Shown here one piece after another: positions 36,177 to 46,647 of a DNA stretch of 64,000 nt; within the stretch, counting starts at the first letter, position 1, and every line of letters begins with the position of its first letter. The notes below the pieces were generated by a model. The model saw only the letters and a program-made list of their open reading frames with translations. It ran no database searches and had not been told where the DNA came from. The stretch comes from Candidatus Saccharicenans subterraneus (GTDB lineage Bacteria > Acidobacteriota > Aminicenantia > Aminicenantales > Saccharicenantaceae). The stretch covers positions 43,276-107,275 of the forward strand of contig QUAH01000007.1 of assembly GCA_003426165.1 (NCBI GenBank), given 5' to 3'. The translations under genes and the position numbers were made by a program.

Positions 36177-38876
36177 ATGGCGATGCCGAAAAAAATTCTT
36201 AGAAACCAGATCCGCGAATCCGGTTTTTCAAAGAGCGGGCCCGGACTTGATTCTGGACTGCTTCTTCGTTCTGGCCTGGTTGGCTGGTTTCTTTTTGTTC
36301 TGACCTTGGGCCCCCTGGCGGCCGGGCAGTTCAGGCCTGACTGGGCGCAAAACCTGAGCCGGCCCTGGGTTGGCCCGGATTTCTATGCTCAGCGCCTGGA
36401 AGACTGGAGACTTAATCAGGGCTCTGTTGAATGCCTGGGAGCGGCGGCCAACCGTTATCTTTATCTGTTGACTGGAGAAGTAGCCGCGGGTTCGGGCCTC
36501 CTGGAAATCTCGGTCAAGGTGTCCGTCCCCGAACTTCCGGCCAGGGCCAGGGCCCGGAACTTCGTCGCACTCAGGCTCGGGATAAAGAGCCCGGGTGGCG
36601 ATTTCAGGGAGGCTGCGGTCAGCGGCCAGGGCCTGGAAGCCGGTGTGACCACCGACGGGTTGCTGTTCATAGGCGAGCTGGAAAGCGTCAGTTCAGAGGA
36701 AAAACAGGAAGAGCTGAAAAGAGCCCTGCGAAAGGGCCTGGAACTGAGACTGAACCTGGGAACTTCCGACTCTCAATCGTCGGTCAGGCTGGAGGTGGTT
36801 GAGCCCGAAAGCGGGGAAATTCTTGACGAGCTGGAAGAAACCCGCCTGACCGGGGATAAGATTGCCGGCGGGCTGGCCCTGGTCTCCAGCCTGCCTGAAG
36901 TTCGCCCCGGGGAAGGAATGGCCGCTAGCCGCTGGCGCGATCTGGACATAAGTGGCGATCTTTTTGAGAATCATCCGGAAAGAGCCCTGGGCCCCGTGGT
37001 CTTTACGCTTTATACTCTCAGCCGGGATAAGCTGACGTTAACCGCCCAGCTGGTACCGGGCTGCCTGACCTCTGAAACCCGGGCGGTTCTGGAAATAAGC
37101 GAAGATGGCCGCTGGGTCCAGGTGGCCGCAGCCCCGGTCGACCTCAATTCCTGGCTGGCCAGGTTCAGGGTGGCCGGCTGGGATTCCAGCCGTGACCACG
37201 AATTCCGGGCCAGGCTGGAAGGCCAGGAACCCGGGCCGGAATTTGCCCATAATCCCATCGGAATAGTAAGAAAAGAACCCCGGGACCAGGACCGCCTGGT
37301 GCTGGCGGTCCTGAGCAATCAACAGGAAGAGGGCTATCCTCACCACGGCCTGGTCTCGGTCCTGAAAAAGCAGAACCCGGACCTGCTGTTTTTTGCCGGT
37401 AACCAGGTCTTCGGACGCCCGGCCTCTTTCTGGCGGGAAAAGTTTACGCCGGAAGAAGCGCGGCGGGAATACCTCAGGCAGTGGCTCCTTTTCGGCTGGG
37501 CCTTTTCCGAGCTGCTCAGGGACAGGCCGGCCGTGGTCATGCCCGATGCCCGGGATTTTTTCCAGGCCAAGCTCTGGGGTGAAAACGGCCGGCTGATAAG
37601 AGCAGAAGATTATCCCGACCCGGTGGCCGCCCAGGACAGCGGTGGTTTCCTGATGCCACCGGAGTTCATTGACCTGGTGCTGGCCACCCAGATTTCCCAC
37701 CTGCCGGAAGTTGAAGGCCATCCGGGTTCAGGAAAAGATGAAGATCCTTATTTCCGGGAAATTCGATATGGCGGCCTGAGCCTGGCCGTGGTCTGTGACC
37801 GGGTGTTCAAGTCGGCCCCGGCTCCGCTTCTACCGGAGGCCCAAGTTAGAAACGGCTGGGCCTGGAACAGCGAGTTTGACCTGAAGAAGCAGGGCTCTCC
37901 AAAACAGGCGCAACTCCTGGGTCCGGCCCAGTTGAAACTCCTGAGGAAGTGGGCCGAAGACTGGTCGGACGGAGTCTGGATGAAAGCGTTACTCACCCAG
38001 TCGCTCTGGGTATCTTTGCTCACGCTACCAGAAGGCCGGCTGGGTGATGAAGCCCTGTGGCAGCTGCAACCGATTAAGCCCGGCGATTATCCGCCCGATG
38101 ACCGACCGGTGGCCGATTTTATGAGCGGGGGCTGGCCGAAGGCAGCCAGGGATGAAACCATAAGGATACTAAGGCAGGCCTTTGCTCCGCACCTGGCCGG
38201 GTCCGGCGGACCTCCGGCTGCTCTCAAGTACGGGCTGGGAAAACCGGGCGATGCGGGCTGGGCTTTCGTGCCGCCACCAATCGTGGCCGGCCCGGCCGTT
38301 CGCTGGATGCCGAAGCCAGCTACCAGGTCTCTCGTGACAAAAGCTCCAGAGGCCACCGGAGATTTCGAAGATGCCTTCGGGAATAAATTCAGTCTGGAAG
38401 TGGTAACTAACCCCCTTGAAGGGGAAACAGCACAGGCGGGGAGGGGCTCTTCTGGATATGGCCTGGTCATTTTTGACCGTAATGAACGACGGGTCATGCT
38501 GGATTGCCTGGTGCGGCCCGAGAATTTTTCGGAGGCCCAGTATAAGTCCTACCCGGGCTGGCCGGTGTCTTTCAGTCAATTGGAAAACGACGGAAGAAAA
38601 CCCGCGGCCTATCTGCCGCTTCTCCAGTTCCGTGGAATTTCCGACCCGGTGGTCCAGGTGGTGGATGAAAAATCCATGGAGGTGGTTTACACCCTGAGGA
38701 TCAGAGGCGCCGAGTTCCGCCCGCCGGTTTTCCGGGCCGGCAGTTATACCGTCCGCTGCGGCGAGCCGGGCACTGCTGCCTGGAAAGAAATAAAAGGAGT
38801 TTCTTCGCTTCCGGCCAGTGTCAGGAAGAACCTGGCCATAGACCTGGGGACCGGCCGGACTCAGGTCAGGGAGTAA
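36177..38876 (+). CDS. Large exported PhoD-like (alkaline phosphatase D fold) protein with degenerate metal ligands
   Basis: Signal segment; PDLLFFAGNQ, RDRPAVVMPDARD and HLAGSGG sit where PhoD has GD-x-x-Y, DDHE/D and GD-x-H. Confidence 0.6.
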   Translation: MAMPKKILRNQIRESGFSKSGPGLDSGLLLRSGLVGWFLFVLTLGPLAAGQFRPDWAQNLSRPWVGPDFYAQRLEDWRLNQGSVECLGAAANRYLYLLTGEVAAGSGLLEISVKVSVPELPARARARNFVALRLGIKSPGGDFREAAVSGQGLEAGVTTDGLLFIGELESVSSEEKQEELKRALRKGLELRLNLGTSDSQSSVRLEVVEPESGEILDELEETRLTGDKIAGGLALVSSLPEVRPGEGMAASRWRDLDISGDLFENHPERALGPVVFTLYTLSRDKLTLTAQLVPGCLTSETRAVLEISEDGRWVQVAAAPVDLNSWLARFRVAGWDSSRDHEFRARLEGQEPGPEFAHNPIGIVRKEPRDQDRLVLAVLSNQQEEGYPHHGLVSVLKKQNPDLLFFAGNQVFGRPASFWREKFTPEEARREYLRQWLLFGWAFSELLRDRPAVVMPDARDFFQAKLWGENGRLIRAEDYPDPVAAQDSGGFLMPPEFIDLVLATQISHLPEVEGHPGSGKDEDPYFREIRYGGLSLAVVCDRVFKSAPAPLLPEAQVRNGWAWNSEFDLKKQGSPKQAQLLGPAQLKLLRKWAEDWSDGVWMKALLTQSLWVSLLTLPEGRLGDEALWQLQPIKPGDYPPDDRPVADFMSGGWPKAARDETIRILRQAFAPHLAGSGGPPAALKYGLGKPGDAGWAFVPPPIVAGPAVRWMPKPATRSLVTKAPEATGDFEDAFGNKFSLEVVTNPLEGETAQAGRGSSGYGLVIFDRNERRVMLDCLVRPENFSEAQYKSYPGWPVSFSQLENDGRKPAAYLPLLQFRGISDPVVQVVDEKSMEVVYTLRIRGAEFRPPVFRAGSYTVRCGEPGTAAWKEIKGVSSLPASVRKNLAIDLGTGRTQVRE

Positions 38877-40239
38877 AGATAACTCTGACCTCGGTTCCCT
38901 GGCCAGATTTACAGGACATGGTCCCCTTGAGCTGTTTTACCAGGTCGTGGATTATCTGCCAGCCGAACGAAGTTGAGCCCTTCGGGTCGAAATTTTCAGG
39001 CAGCCCTTTTCCGTCATCACTTACCGTCAGGACAACTTGCCTGCCGTTGGCTTTCTCGAGGCTTATTCTGATGGTGCCCTCTTTTCGCCCGTTAAAGGCA
39101 TGTTTCAAAGCATTGGAAATGAGTTCCGAGACTATCAGACCGCAGGGATGAGCCAGAGCCAGGTCAACCTGGACCTCATCAAGTCTTTGTTCGATCCTGA
39201 TTTCCCTTCCATCCTGCCGATAGAGAGACAGGGCGTGAGAGACTATCTTTTCCAGGTAACGGTCCAGGTGAATTCTGTCCAGGCGGGTTGACCTGAGAAG
39301 GCTCTCATATATCAGGGCTATGGACCTTATCCGACCCAGGGTATCTTTAAGGGCTATCCTGACCTCAGACGAAGAGTGGTACTGTGCCTGTAACCTCAGC
39401 AGGCTATGTATGAGCTGCAGGTTATTCTTCACCCGGTGATGGACTTCTCTTATGAGGATTTCTTTCTCGATTAGTATCTGGCGGAGTTCGTTTTCCAGGT
39501 TCAGTCTCTCTGTAATGTCTCTCATGATTCCGATGTAAGCCACCAGCTGGCCGGAGATTCTAACCTGAGAAGAGTTTATTTCCACCGTCCTTTTCTCTCC
39601 GGATTTCTTAACCACGCTGGCGATTATAGGTCCCAGGAAACCATACTCACCAATAAAGCTCCCGGCCTGCTGGATTTTCTCCAGGTCTTCCGGAGCGAAA
39701 AGCTCCTGGTTGTTCTTTCCGAGCAGCTCCTCGGCCATATTGTATCCGAGAAACCGGGCCGTGCTTTCCGAGGCATACGTTATGTATCCGTCTGTATCGG
39801 TGATGACCACCATGTCAGGTGTGGCTTCGAGCAATGCCTTATAGTAGTTATCTGATTCCTGTTTAATCCTTTCCGAGATTCTTTCCCGCGAAATTTCTTG
39901 AAAGGTGACCACAATTTTCTCGTCCGGTCTGAAGGCGGAATGCATTTCCACCCATTTTTTCTGACCGTCTTTACAGACAATTTCCATTATCCTGAACCTG
40001 GATCGCCCTTCCCTGAGGTCGGCCAGCCAGAGGTTCATTATTTCAGCCCTCCTGGCGTTATCCGGGAAGGCTTTTTTGAACCAGGTCTTGCCGTCGGGAA
40101 CGTCTTCCAGGGTGTAACCGGTTATCCGGGTGAAGGCGGGGTTGACAAACAACCAGCGGCCTGAATTCTCGATAAGAACCAGGCCACAGGGGGAACTCTC
40201 TACTAAAATATCACTTATTGAAAGTTGTTCACCTATCAT
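38866..40239 (-). CDS. Cytoplasmic PAS-PAS HisKA_2 histidine kinase
   Basis: Two PAS/PAC segments; EVHHRVKNNLQ; SELISNALKHAF; DDGKGLP; SFGW. Confidence 0.9.
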   Translation of the reverse strand: MIGEQLSISDILVESSPCGLVLIENSGRWLFVNPAFTRITGYTLEDVPDGKTWFKKAFPDNARRAEIMNLWLADLREGRSRFRIMEIVCKDGQKKWVEMHSAFRPDEKIVVTFQEISRERISERIKQESDNYYKALLEATPDMVVITDTDGYITYASESTARFLGYNMAEELLGKNNQELFAPEDLEKIQQAGSFIGEYGFLGPIIASVVKKSGEKRTVEINSSQVRISGQLVAYIGIMRDITERLNLENELRQILIEKEILIREVHHRVKNNLQLIHSLLRLQAQYHSSSEVRIALKDTLGRIRSIALIYESLLRSTRLDRIHLDRYLEKIVSHALSLYRQDGREIRIEQRLDEVQVDLALAHPCGLIVSELISNALKHAFNGRKEGTIRISLEKANGRQVVLTVSDDGKGLPENFDPKGSTSFGWQIIHDLVKQLKGTMSCKSGQGTEVRVIFTP

Positions 40240-40388
40240 CGTTGCCTCGCGCTTCCTTTTTCGTTACCGGGTCCAAGAGGATCGGTAGAATTAACCGTGA
40301 ATTATAGACAAAAAAGTTTGGCCAGTCTATATTTCGGGTCGGGCAGGCCACCGTCAAATTATTAAATTAATGGAAGCCTTAGAATTGA

Positions 40389-41423
40389 TTACCCGTGTTT
40401 GAAGTGGTCATATCCTGATTTTTCCAGGACAACCTGGTGGCCGTTTCGAAAGTAGCGCAACTGGCCTTTTTCGTCTGTAATCTGGCCGATGGCCGGCAAG
40501 GGTCGCCCGAAGCGACGGAAGAATTTTTCGGCCAGGCCGGTGAATTTTTCCGGGGCGACCGTGAGCAGCAGGCAGTAGTCCTCGCCCCCGGCCGCAGCCA
40601 CTTCCTCCAGGTTCCAGTTGAAACGGCCGGCGCATTTCTTGAGAGCCGGCGAGATCGGAAGCTGTTCCAGGAAGACCATCACTCCGCAGCCCGACCTTTC
40701 CATTATCCTTCTCAGGTCGGAGTCGATGCCGTCGGAAACATCCATCATGGCCCTGACCTCCGGCTGCCCGGCCAGAAACCGGCCTTCTTCGAGATGGGGA
40801 TGCGGCCGGTAGTGACGGCTTATGAGGTATTTTCCCTCGGGTTTGGTCCTGCTCTTTTCCTCTCCCCGAAGAATCAACCTCAGTCCGCCCTCGGAATCTC
40901 CCAGGTTGTCGGTGACCGCCACGATATCACCCGGCCGGGCGGAAGACCTGTACTTAATATGAGTTCCGTCGGCCTCGCCCAGGACAGCCACGTTGATGAC
41001 CAGGCCGGCCCTGGATTTAGTGGTATCGCCGCCCAGCAGCTCAACCCCGGTCCTTGCGGCCAGCTGCCTCCAGCCCCGGAAAAATTCATCCAGCCAGGAG
41101 ACCTCGGTTTCTGCCGGAATGGCTATCGATAAAAAAGCCCAGCGCGGACTTCCACCCATGGCCGCGATGTCGCTCAGGTTGACGGCCAGTGACTTATAGC
41201 CGAGGTCGCGGGCAGAAATCCTCTCTTTCAGGAAATGGACTCCGTCGATCAGCAGGTCGGTGGTTACCAGGAGCTTCTTCCGGCCTTTCCAGGGGATGAC
41301 GGCGCAGTCGTCCCCTATACCCGTAACGCCGGCTGGCAACCTTTTCAGAAAGTCGCGCGAGAAGCGGGCGATAAAACCGAACTCGCCCAGGTCTTCGATT
41401 CTCAGTTTTTTTTGGTTTTTCAT
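40389..41423 (-). CDS. thiL: Thiamine-monophosphate kinase
   Basis: GEFGFI, GIGDDCA, TTDLLIDGVHF, AVNLSDIAAMGG, GGDTT, MDVSDGIDSDL, GGEDYCLL, GYDHF. Confidence 0.95.
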   Translation of the reverse strand: MKNQKKLRIEDLGEFGFIARFSRDFLKRLPAGVTGIGDDCAVIPWKGRKKLLVTTDLLIDGVHFLKERISARDLGYKSLAVNLSDIAAMGGSPRWAFLSIAIPAETEVSWLDEFFRGWRQLAARTGVELLGGDTTKSRAGLVINVAVLGEADGTHIKYRSSARPGDIVAVTDNLGDSEGGLRLILRGEEKSRTKPEGKYLISRHYRPHPHLEEGRFLAGQPEVRAMMDVSDGIDSDLRRIMERSGCGVMVFLEQLPISPALKKCAGRFNWNLEEVAAAGGEDYCLLLTVAPEKFTGLAEKFFRRFGRPLPAIGQITDEKGQLRYFRNGHQVVLEKSGYDHFKHG

Positions 41424-41605
41424 ATTATTCTCCAGCGCCGGGTTGCCGGCCGCTCTCAGGACGAATCATCATGATTTCTGCTCTGCTGGAATTTCGCCCA
41501 ATCCTGTTAATTTGTTATTATTATCACCTAATACCAGCCAGGTTTCATCTCCCGTTCATTTCCCTCCTTAAGACTTGACCCTGGGCCCTTGACCGCTTTC
41601 ATATT

Positions 41606-42283
41606 TTACTTTAACCGCCTGGCTTCATCTATCAGGGACCGCAGCCTGCGGGCGGCCTGCTCCGGGTCGGAGGCAGCACAGATGGCCGAGACCACGGCCA
41701 GGCCGTCAGCCCCGGCCCTGATCACCTCGACCGCATTTTGCTCGTTCAGGCCGCCGATGGCCACCAGCGGCAGGGCGGTCATCTTCCGGGCCCGGGCCAG
41801 CCCTTCCAGGCCCCAGGCCGGGCCGGTGTCGGTCTTGGTGGGCGTGGAAAAAACCGGGCTGATGGCCAGGTAATCAACCGGCAGGTTTTTGGCCTCCTCT
41901 AACTGTTCCGGGTTTTCTACCGAGAGCCCGATGATGGCCCGGGGACCGAGATGTTTCCTGGCAATTTCGGGCGGAAGGTCGCTCTGTCCCAGGTGGACTC
42001 CGTCCGCTCCGGCGGCCAGGGCCACGTCCAGTCGGTCATTGATTAGTAGAGGAACGCCCGGCGGCAGAATCTTTTTCAGCTCCAGGGCCAGCTCCAGGTA
42101 TTCCCGCGACGAACAGTCTTTTTCCCGGAGCTGGACGACTGTTACCCCGCCGGCCACGGCCTTACTTACCAAATCGGTCAGCGGACGATTGCCGGCCAGG
42201 CGGCGGTCGGTGACCAGGTAAAGGCTCAGGTCAACCGGCCTGGCTGTTTTTCTAAGCTTATTGGATTTTTTTTTAGCTGCCAT
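41606..42283 (-). CDS. thiE: Thiamine-phosphate synthase
   Basis: LYLVTD, VQLREK, LINDRLDVALA, GVHLGQSD, VFSTPTK, VAIGGL. Confidence 0.96.
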   Translation of the reverse strand: MAAKKKSNKLRKTARPVDLSLYLVTDRRLAGNRPLTDLVSKAVAGGVTVVQLREKDCSSREYLELALELKKILPPGVPLLINDRLDVALAAGADGVHLGQSDLPPEIARKHLGPRAIIGLSVENPEQLEEAKNLPVDYLAISPVFSTPTKTDTGPAWGLEGLARARKMTALPLVAIGGLNEQNAVEVIRAGADGLAVVSAICAASDPEQAARRLRSLIDEARRLK

Positions 42284-42507
42284 ATATTCCTTTTGCCCTT
42301 GACCACAATTTATTATCCGTGCCCGGAGCCTTTTCCTGAAGCTCAGGCCTCGTCACTTTCCGGGCCGGGCTTGTTCTGGCCCGGCCGCAGCTGGTGGAAC
42401 GGATATCCGGAACGGAAATGCAAGTCATGTCTCTAATACACCTTAAGTTGCTGGCCCAACTTTCTCACTCGCTATTTTTTACCGTTAGCATAAGGCTCCG
42501 GTTTTTC

Positions 42508-43308
42508 TCAAACGATGATTTTCAACCTTTCTTTTATTTCTCTTTCCCCGATAAGATGCAGCCAGTCCAGGAAGTGCAGCTCGAAGCTGGCCGGTCCCCG
42601 GGCCTGCCCGGCGGCCAGTTCCCCGCAGATGCCCATGACGGCCATGGCCCCGGCGGCCGCTTCCAGGCTGTCGGGATTCACGGCGGCAAAGGCTCCGGTC
42701 AGGGCCGAGGCGGTGCAGCCCAGGCCGGTCACCCGTGGCATCAGCGGATGGCCATTTTCAATCCGGATGGTCTGGCCGCCCCGTACCACTATGTCAGTCG
42801 GGCCGCTGATGCTGACCGCGCAGCCATACTGGCGGGATAGTTGCCGCCCGGCCTCGACCGCCGCTTCCGGGCCTTCCAGGCTATCCACCCCCTTGGTCCT
42901 GGCTCCCGAATCCACCAGGGCCAGGATTTCAGAGCCATTGCCGCGAATTATGGCTACCGGACCTGATTCCAGGAGCTGGCGGGCCGTGGTCGTCCGGAAA
43001 GAAGTAGCACCGGCCCCCACGGGGTCCAGCACCACCGGAATTTTTTTCTTTTCGGCTGCCCTGATGGCCTTGCCCATGGCCTCCACCCAGTGGCGGCTGA
43101 GGGTGCCTATGTTTATGACCAGGGCCGAGGCCAGCCCTACCATTTCATCCACTTCTTCAATGGCGTGAGCCATGACCGGCGAGGCGCCAATCGACAGCAG
43201 GGCATTGGCCGTCAGGTTCATGACCACGAAGTTGGTGATGTTGTGAACGAGCGGGGCCCGGCGGCGGATGTTTTCCAGGTCCCGGATGACGGTCTGAGCT
43301 GAAAACAT
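42508..43308 (-). CDS. thiM: Hydroxyethylthiazole kinase
   Basis: PLVHNITNFVVMNLTANALLSIGASPVMA, NIGTL, LDPVGAGAT, RGNGSEI, VTGLGC. Start placed at 43308 (RBS GGAGG). Confidence 0.96.
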   Translation of the reverse strand: MFSAQTVIRDLENIRRRAPLVHNITNFVVMNLTANALLSIGASPVMAHAIEEVDEMVGLASALVINIGTLSRHWVEAMGKAIRAAEKKKIPVVLDPVGAGATSFRTTTARQLLESGPVAIIRGNGSEILALVDSGARTKGVDSLEGPEAAVEAGRQLSRQYGCAVSISGPTDIVVRGGQTIRIENGHPLMPRVTGLGCTASALTGAFAAVNPDSLEAAAGAMAVMGICGELAAGQARGPASFELHFLDWLHLIGEREIKERLKIIV

Positions 43309-43370
43309 GGCCTCCACCTCCTTAGCCAGGATGATTCTGTCCGGTGAGGCTGAGTTCTGGACCCTGAAGA

Positions 43371-43462
43371 CTCTGTCTCCCTACGCTGGCATTACCCAGT
43401 TCAGGTTCTGAGGGTTTGCTCTCAGCCTTCGTTTGACGATGCCGAAGGCACCCCTGACAGAA
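43371..43462 (-). ncRNA. TPP riboswitch (THI element)
   Basis: Minus strand CTGTC-AGGGGTGC-CTTCG...CGAAG-GCTGAGA-GCAA-ACCC-TCAG-AACCTGAACTGGGTAATGCCAGCGTAGGGA-GACAG; P1 is closed by CTGTC/GACAG; upstream of thiM. Confidence 0.95.
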
Positions 43463-43834
43463 CATATCTTATCTACTATAAAGCCCCGTGGACTGTCAAT
43501 TCTGGGTTTCTTTCAGGTTAAGACATGGTATCCAGGGGAAGGGAAGTATATTGAAGCGGGCGGCGGTGGTCCGGCGATAGCGATCGGGGCCGGGCAGGCG
43601 GGAAACCCCCGGGTATAGAACATTAAAGTTAAAGGAGGTGAATCCAGCTCCTAAGAATTGAAGATTTTCCTTGAAATTACCGGGGTCAAGGACGGGAAAG
43701 ATTGAGCTACAAAATATGAAAAAAACAGAGAACGAAAAAAGGCCGTCAGGGCGCTTTTATATTGGGCCGCGTTTTCATAAAAATCTTTGGCCGCAGGCCG
43801 TTAACCGAGGAAATTGGCAGGGGATAGAGCCCGG

Positions 43835-44488
43835 TCAGTACGAATAGCCAATCGTGAACACCCAGGTCCGCGTCTTGATGCTTTCCATCCATTCCACGCC
43901 CGGTTTCAGGACGTTGGTCAGGCCCAGGTCGTAACGGGCGTCGACGGAAAAATAACCCGGCCCCCACCTCTGGGTAAACATAAGCCCGAAGGTAATCCCG
44001 TATTCGGCTTTCTGAACGTCTGCCTTGATGTCTTCGGTTTCCTTGCTGTAGGGGTCAACCATGACAATCGTGGCCTTCTGGTTGAAGCCGAAAAATGGGC
44101 CGAAGAAAATTGACGGGACCGCCGCCGCCCCTTCCAGGGGCAGGTTTATTTTTAGCAGGACGGGAACTTCAAAGTAATCGAAATTGAATCGGGCTTCAAA
44201 ATCATATTCCGGGTCGACCAGGCGCGCTCCCTTCTGGATGTAGAGCACTTCAGGCTGGATGGATACTCCCGGCAGGAACTCAAAGCTGGCAAAGACCCCG
44301 CCAGCCCAGCCCCTCTTGGTCTTCCAGGGAAAGCCTTCCAGGAAAGTTTCGGGCACTGATCTCAACTGGCCCAGGGTTAACCCGCCCTTGACGCCGAAAT
44401 GAAACTGGGCCCGGAGCGGAGAGGCTACCAGGCCGCTTACCAGGAAAAAGGCAATTATAAAAAGCAGCCAGCGCCGGTTATTTTTCAT
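43835..44488 (-). CDS. Outer-membrane beta-barrel protein (PorT / OMP_b-brl_2-like)
   Basis: Signal peptide; FGVKGGL, SIQPEVLYIQKG, DYFEVPVLLK, RYDLGLTN, C-terminal TIGYSY. Confidence 0.85.
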   Translation of the reverse strand: MKNNRRWLLFIIAFFLVSGLVASPLRAQFHFGVKGGLTLGQLRSVPETFLEGFPWKTKRGWAGGVFASFEFLPGVSIQPEVLYIQKGARLVDPEYDFEARFNFDYFEVPVLLKINLPLEGAAAVPSIFFGPFFGFNQKATIVMVDPYSKETEDIKADVQKAEYGITFGLMFTQRWGPGYFSVDARYDLGLTNVLKPGVEWMESIKTRTWVFTIGYSY

Positions 44489-44947
44489 GGAATTAACCCT
44501 CCTTTTTTTCATCGGCTTGGGCTGAATAACCTGTCTATTAGATACTTTAATTTGACTTTAAAAGCAAGAGCGATGGAGAAGCAGGACATAGGGCCAGCAC
44601 CCGGGTGTTTTTTATCATCTCCTATTTTTCCCGGTGAAAATCCTCTTCCCGGCCTGGTGGCGTTGATAGTGATTGGGTCAAGGCCAGTCCTGGCCGGGTC
44701 TTGTCCATTTTCAACTGGCTTCTTTTCTCCTTGAAATATCTTTTTCCCGGGCGAGCTGGGAACTATTCCGGTAGGTGAAAATGGTATCATCTGAACCCCT
44801 GGCCGGGAGCCCCTTTATTTCTTCTATTTTTGACATAAGCCCGATTTCTGCCCCCGGTCTTTTATTAGGAGCCTTCTGCCTATCTGGTATAATGAACTGA
44901 TAGACCGGGGCCAGGACAGTCAGTCTAAAGTTTGGCCGAGGTGGTGT

Positions 44948-45751
44948 TTGGTGATAAACAATAAACGATTCTCTCCAGCCTGGAAACAGTTGACGGGTCT
45001 CTTGTTTCTTTTGGCCCTGGCCCCGATCCTTCAGGCTCAAACCGCGCCTGAATTATCGGTTGACCAGGTTTTAGACAGGGCCTACCAGAGGTTAACCTCC
45101 TACCGGGACTTCGGGCGCTGGCAGGCCCTGGTGGTCTCCTCCCAGGCCAATGTCGATCGCCACTGGCAGCCGGAGAAGGTACGGCGGGTCACCAAGTGGA
45201 TGAAGTTTGATGGCAGTCTGCTGGACGAGGAAATCCTGGAAGCCGTGGAAATTGAGAAAGGCCGGACCAGGGATATAACCGAGAAGTACCGTCAGCAGAG
45301 AATGGAGAGAATGAACAGGATAAGAGAAGAGAGAGAAAAAGCCGAGGCCTCGGGTCGCCAGTCAGAAGCCGGGCTGGCCCTCGGCCTGGAAGACCTGATT
45401 CCTTTCAGCGATAAGAACAGGAGCCGCTACGATTTTCGGTTGAAGGGCGAATCAGAGCTCAACGGCGAACAGGTCTACCTGGTGGAGGCCAGGGCCAGGG
45501 AGAAAAAGGATTTTCTTTTTGAGGGTCTTTTTTTCATCAACCGGGACTCATACGAACTGCGACGGGTTGAAATTACACCGGTCAAGGCACCGGCCTTTGT
45601 CCGGGAATTCCTGCTGGAGGTGGACCTGGACCTCTGGCAGGAGAGGCTGGTCATGAGAAAGATAAAAATGAAAATATATGGTCGTTTTCTCTTTAAGTCC
45701 ATTCGAAGGCTGATTGAAGAAGATTACCTCGAGTACCGTCCCCTTGACTGA
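44948..45751 (+). CDS. Exported hypothetical protein (weakly reminiscent of LolA/MucB-like folds)
   Basis: Signal peptide ending LQA-Q; coherent 267-aa ORF; C-terminal beta-rich segment. No family recognised with confidence. Confidence 0.6.
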   Translation: MVINNKRFSPAWKQLTGLLFLLALAPILQAQTAPELSVDQVLDRAYQRLTSYRDFGRWQALVVSSQANVDRHWQPEKVRRVTKWMKFDGSLLDEEILEAVEIEKGRTRDITEKYRQQRMERMNRIREEREKAEASGRQSEAGLALGLEDLIPFSDKNRSRYDFRLKGESELNGEQVYLVEARAREKKDFLFEGLFFINRDSYELRRVEITPVKAPAFVREFLLEVDLDLWQERLVMRKIKMKIYGRFLFKSIRRLIEEDYLEYRPLD

Positions 45752-45876
45752 AGGTTTAAGCGCCTCTATGGGGCGAGCCAGATTTTATATCTCTGGACAA
45801 GGCTTTTCTCTTAAATTAGAATTAGCTAATCTGACGACACTTCTACTGACGCAGAGTTAGAAAAAGGAGAACGGTC

Positions 45877-46605
45877 TTGAAAGCCCTGATCATCGCTGCC
45901 GGCCAGGGCCAGAGGCTATCGGGCCTGTGCGCCTCAAAGCCGCTGCTTCCTGTCTGCCGGCGACCGCTCATCGACTGGGTCATCAGGGGACTGCAGAAGG
46001 CCGGGATTAAAGAAGTGATAGTGGTTACCGGTTATAATCGGGACAGGCTGGAAGAACATCTCAAGACTGCTTTTCTCCCCGGTGAAATTAACCTGACCCT
46101 GCTATACAACGACCAGTGGCATAAAGAAAACGGCCTGTCCGTTTTCAGGGCCCGGCCGCTGCTGAAAGAGCCTTTCTTTCTGCTGATGTCCGACCACATT
46201 TTTGACCCGGCCATCCTGGACCAGCTGCGGCGGTCGGAGTTAAAGAAGGATGAAATTATCCTGGCCGTTGATTCCCGGGTTGAGAATCACCCATATGTTG
46301 ACCTGGCTGATGTGACCCGGGTCAAGGTCGAAAACGGAAAGATCATGGATATCGGAAAAGGTCTGGTAGACTACAACGCCTTTGATACGGGTATTTTTTT
46401 CTGCCAGCCGGTTCTGTTTGACGCCCTGGAAGAAAGCCAGCGGAAGGCCGGGGATTTCAGCCTGTCCGGGGGAATCAAAATCCTGGCAACCAGGGGAAAA
46501 GCCAGGGCGATGGAGATTGGCGGTAGATTCTGGATTGATGTTGACGACCCGAAGGCCCTGGAGCGGGCCGAAAGTTTCCTGAAAAATGGAGTTACCTGGT
46601 ATTGA
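45877..46605 (+). CDS. Nucleotidyltransferase, inositol-1-phosphate cytidylyltransferase (IPCT)-like
   Basis: AAGQGQRL..SKPLL, KENGLS, LLMSDHIFD, DTGIFF, WIDVDDP. Confidence 0.8.
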   Translation: MKALIIAAGQGQRLSGLCASKPLLPVCRRPLIDWVIRGLQKAGIKEVIVVTGYNRDRLEEHLKTAFLPGEINLTLLYNDQWHKENGLSVFRARPLLKEPFFLLMSDHIFDPAILDQLRRSELKKDEIILAVDSRVENHPYVDLADVTRVKVENGKIMDIGKGLVDYNAFDTGIFFCQPVLFDALEESQRKAGDFSLSGGIKILATRGKARAMEIGGRFWIDVDDPKALERAESFLKNGVTWY

Positions 46606-46647
46606 ATTCCAGGCCTGGCCTCCAGCCAGCGGGGCTTCTGGAGCCTG

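Noticed and set aside
43631-43648. AAAGGAGGTGAATCCAGC as a 16S rRNA 3'-end fragment or small-gene RBS
   Set aside because: No further rRNA similarity and no credible ORF at the right spacing.
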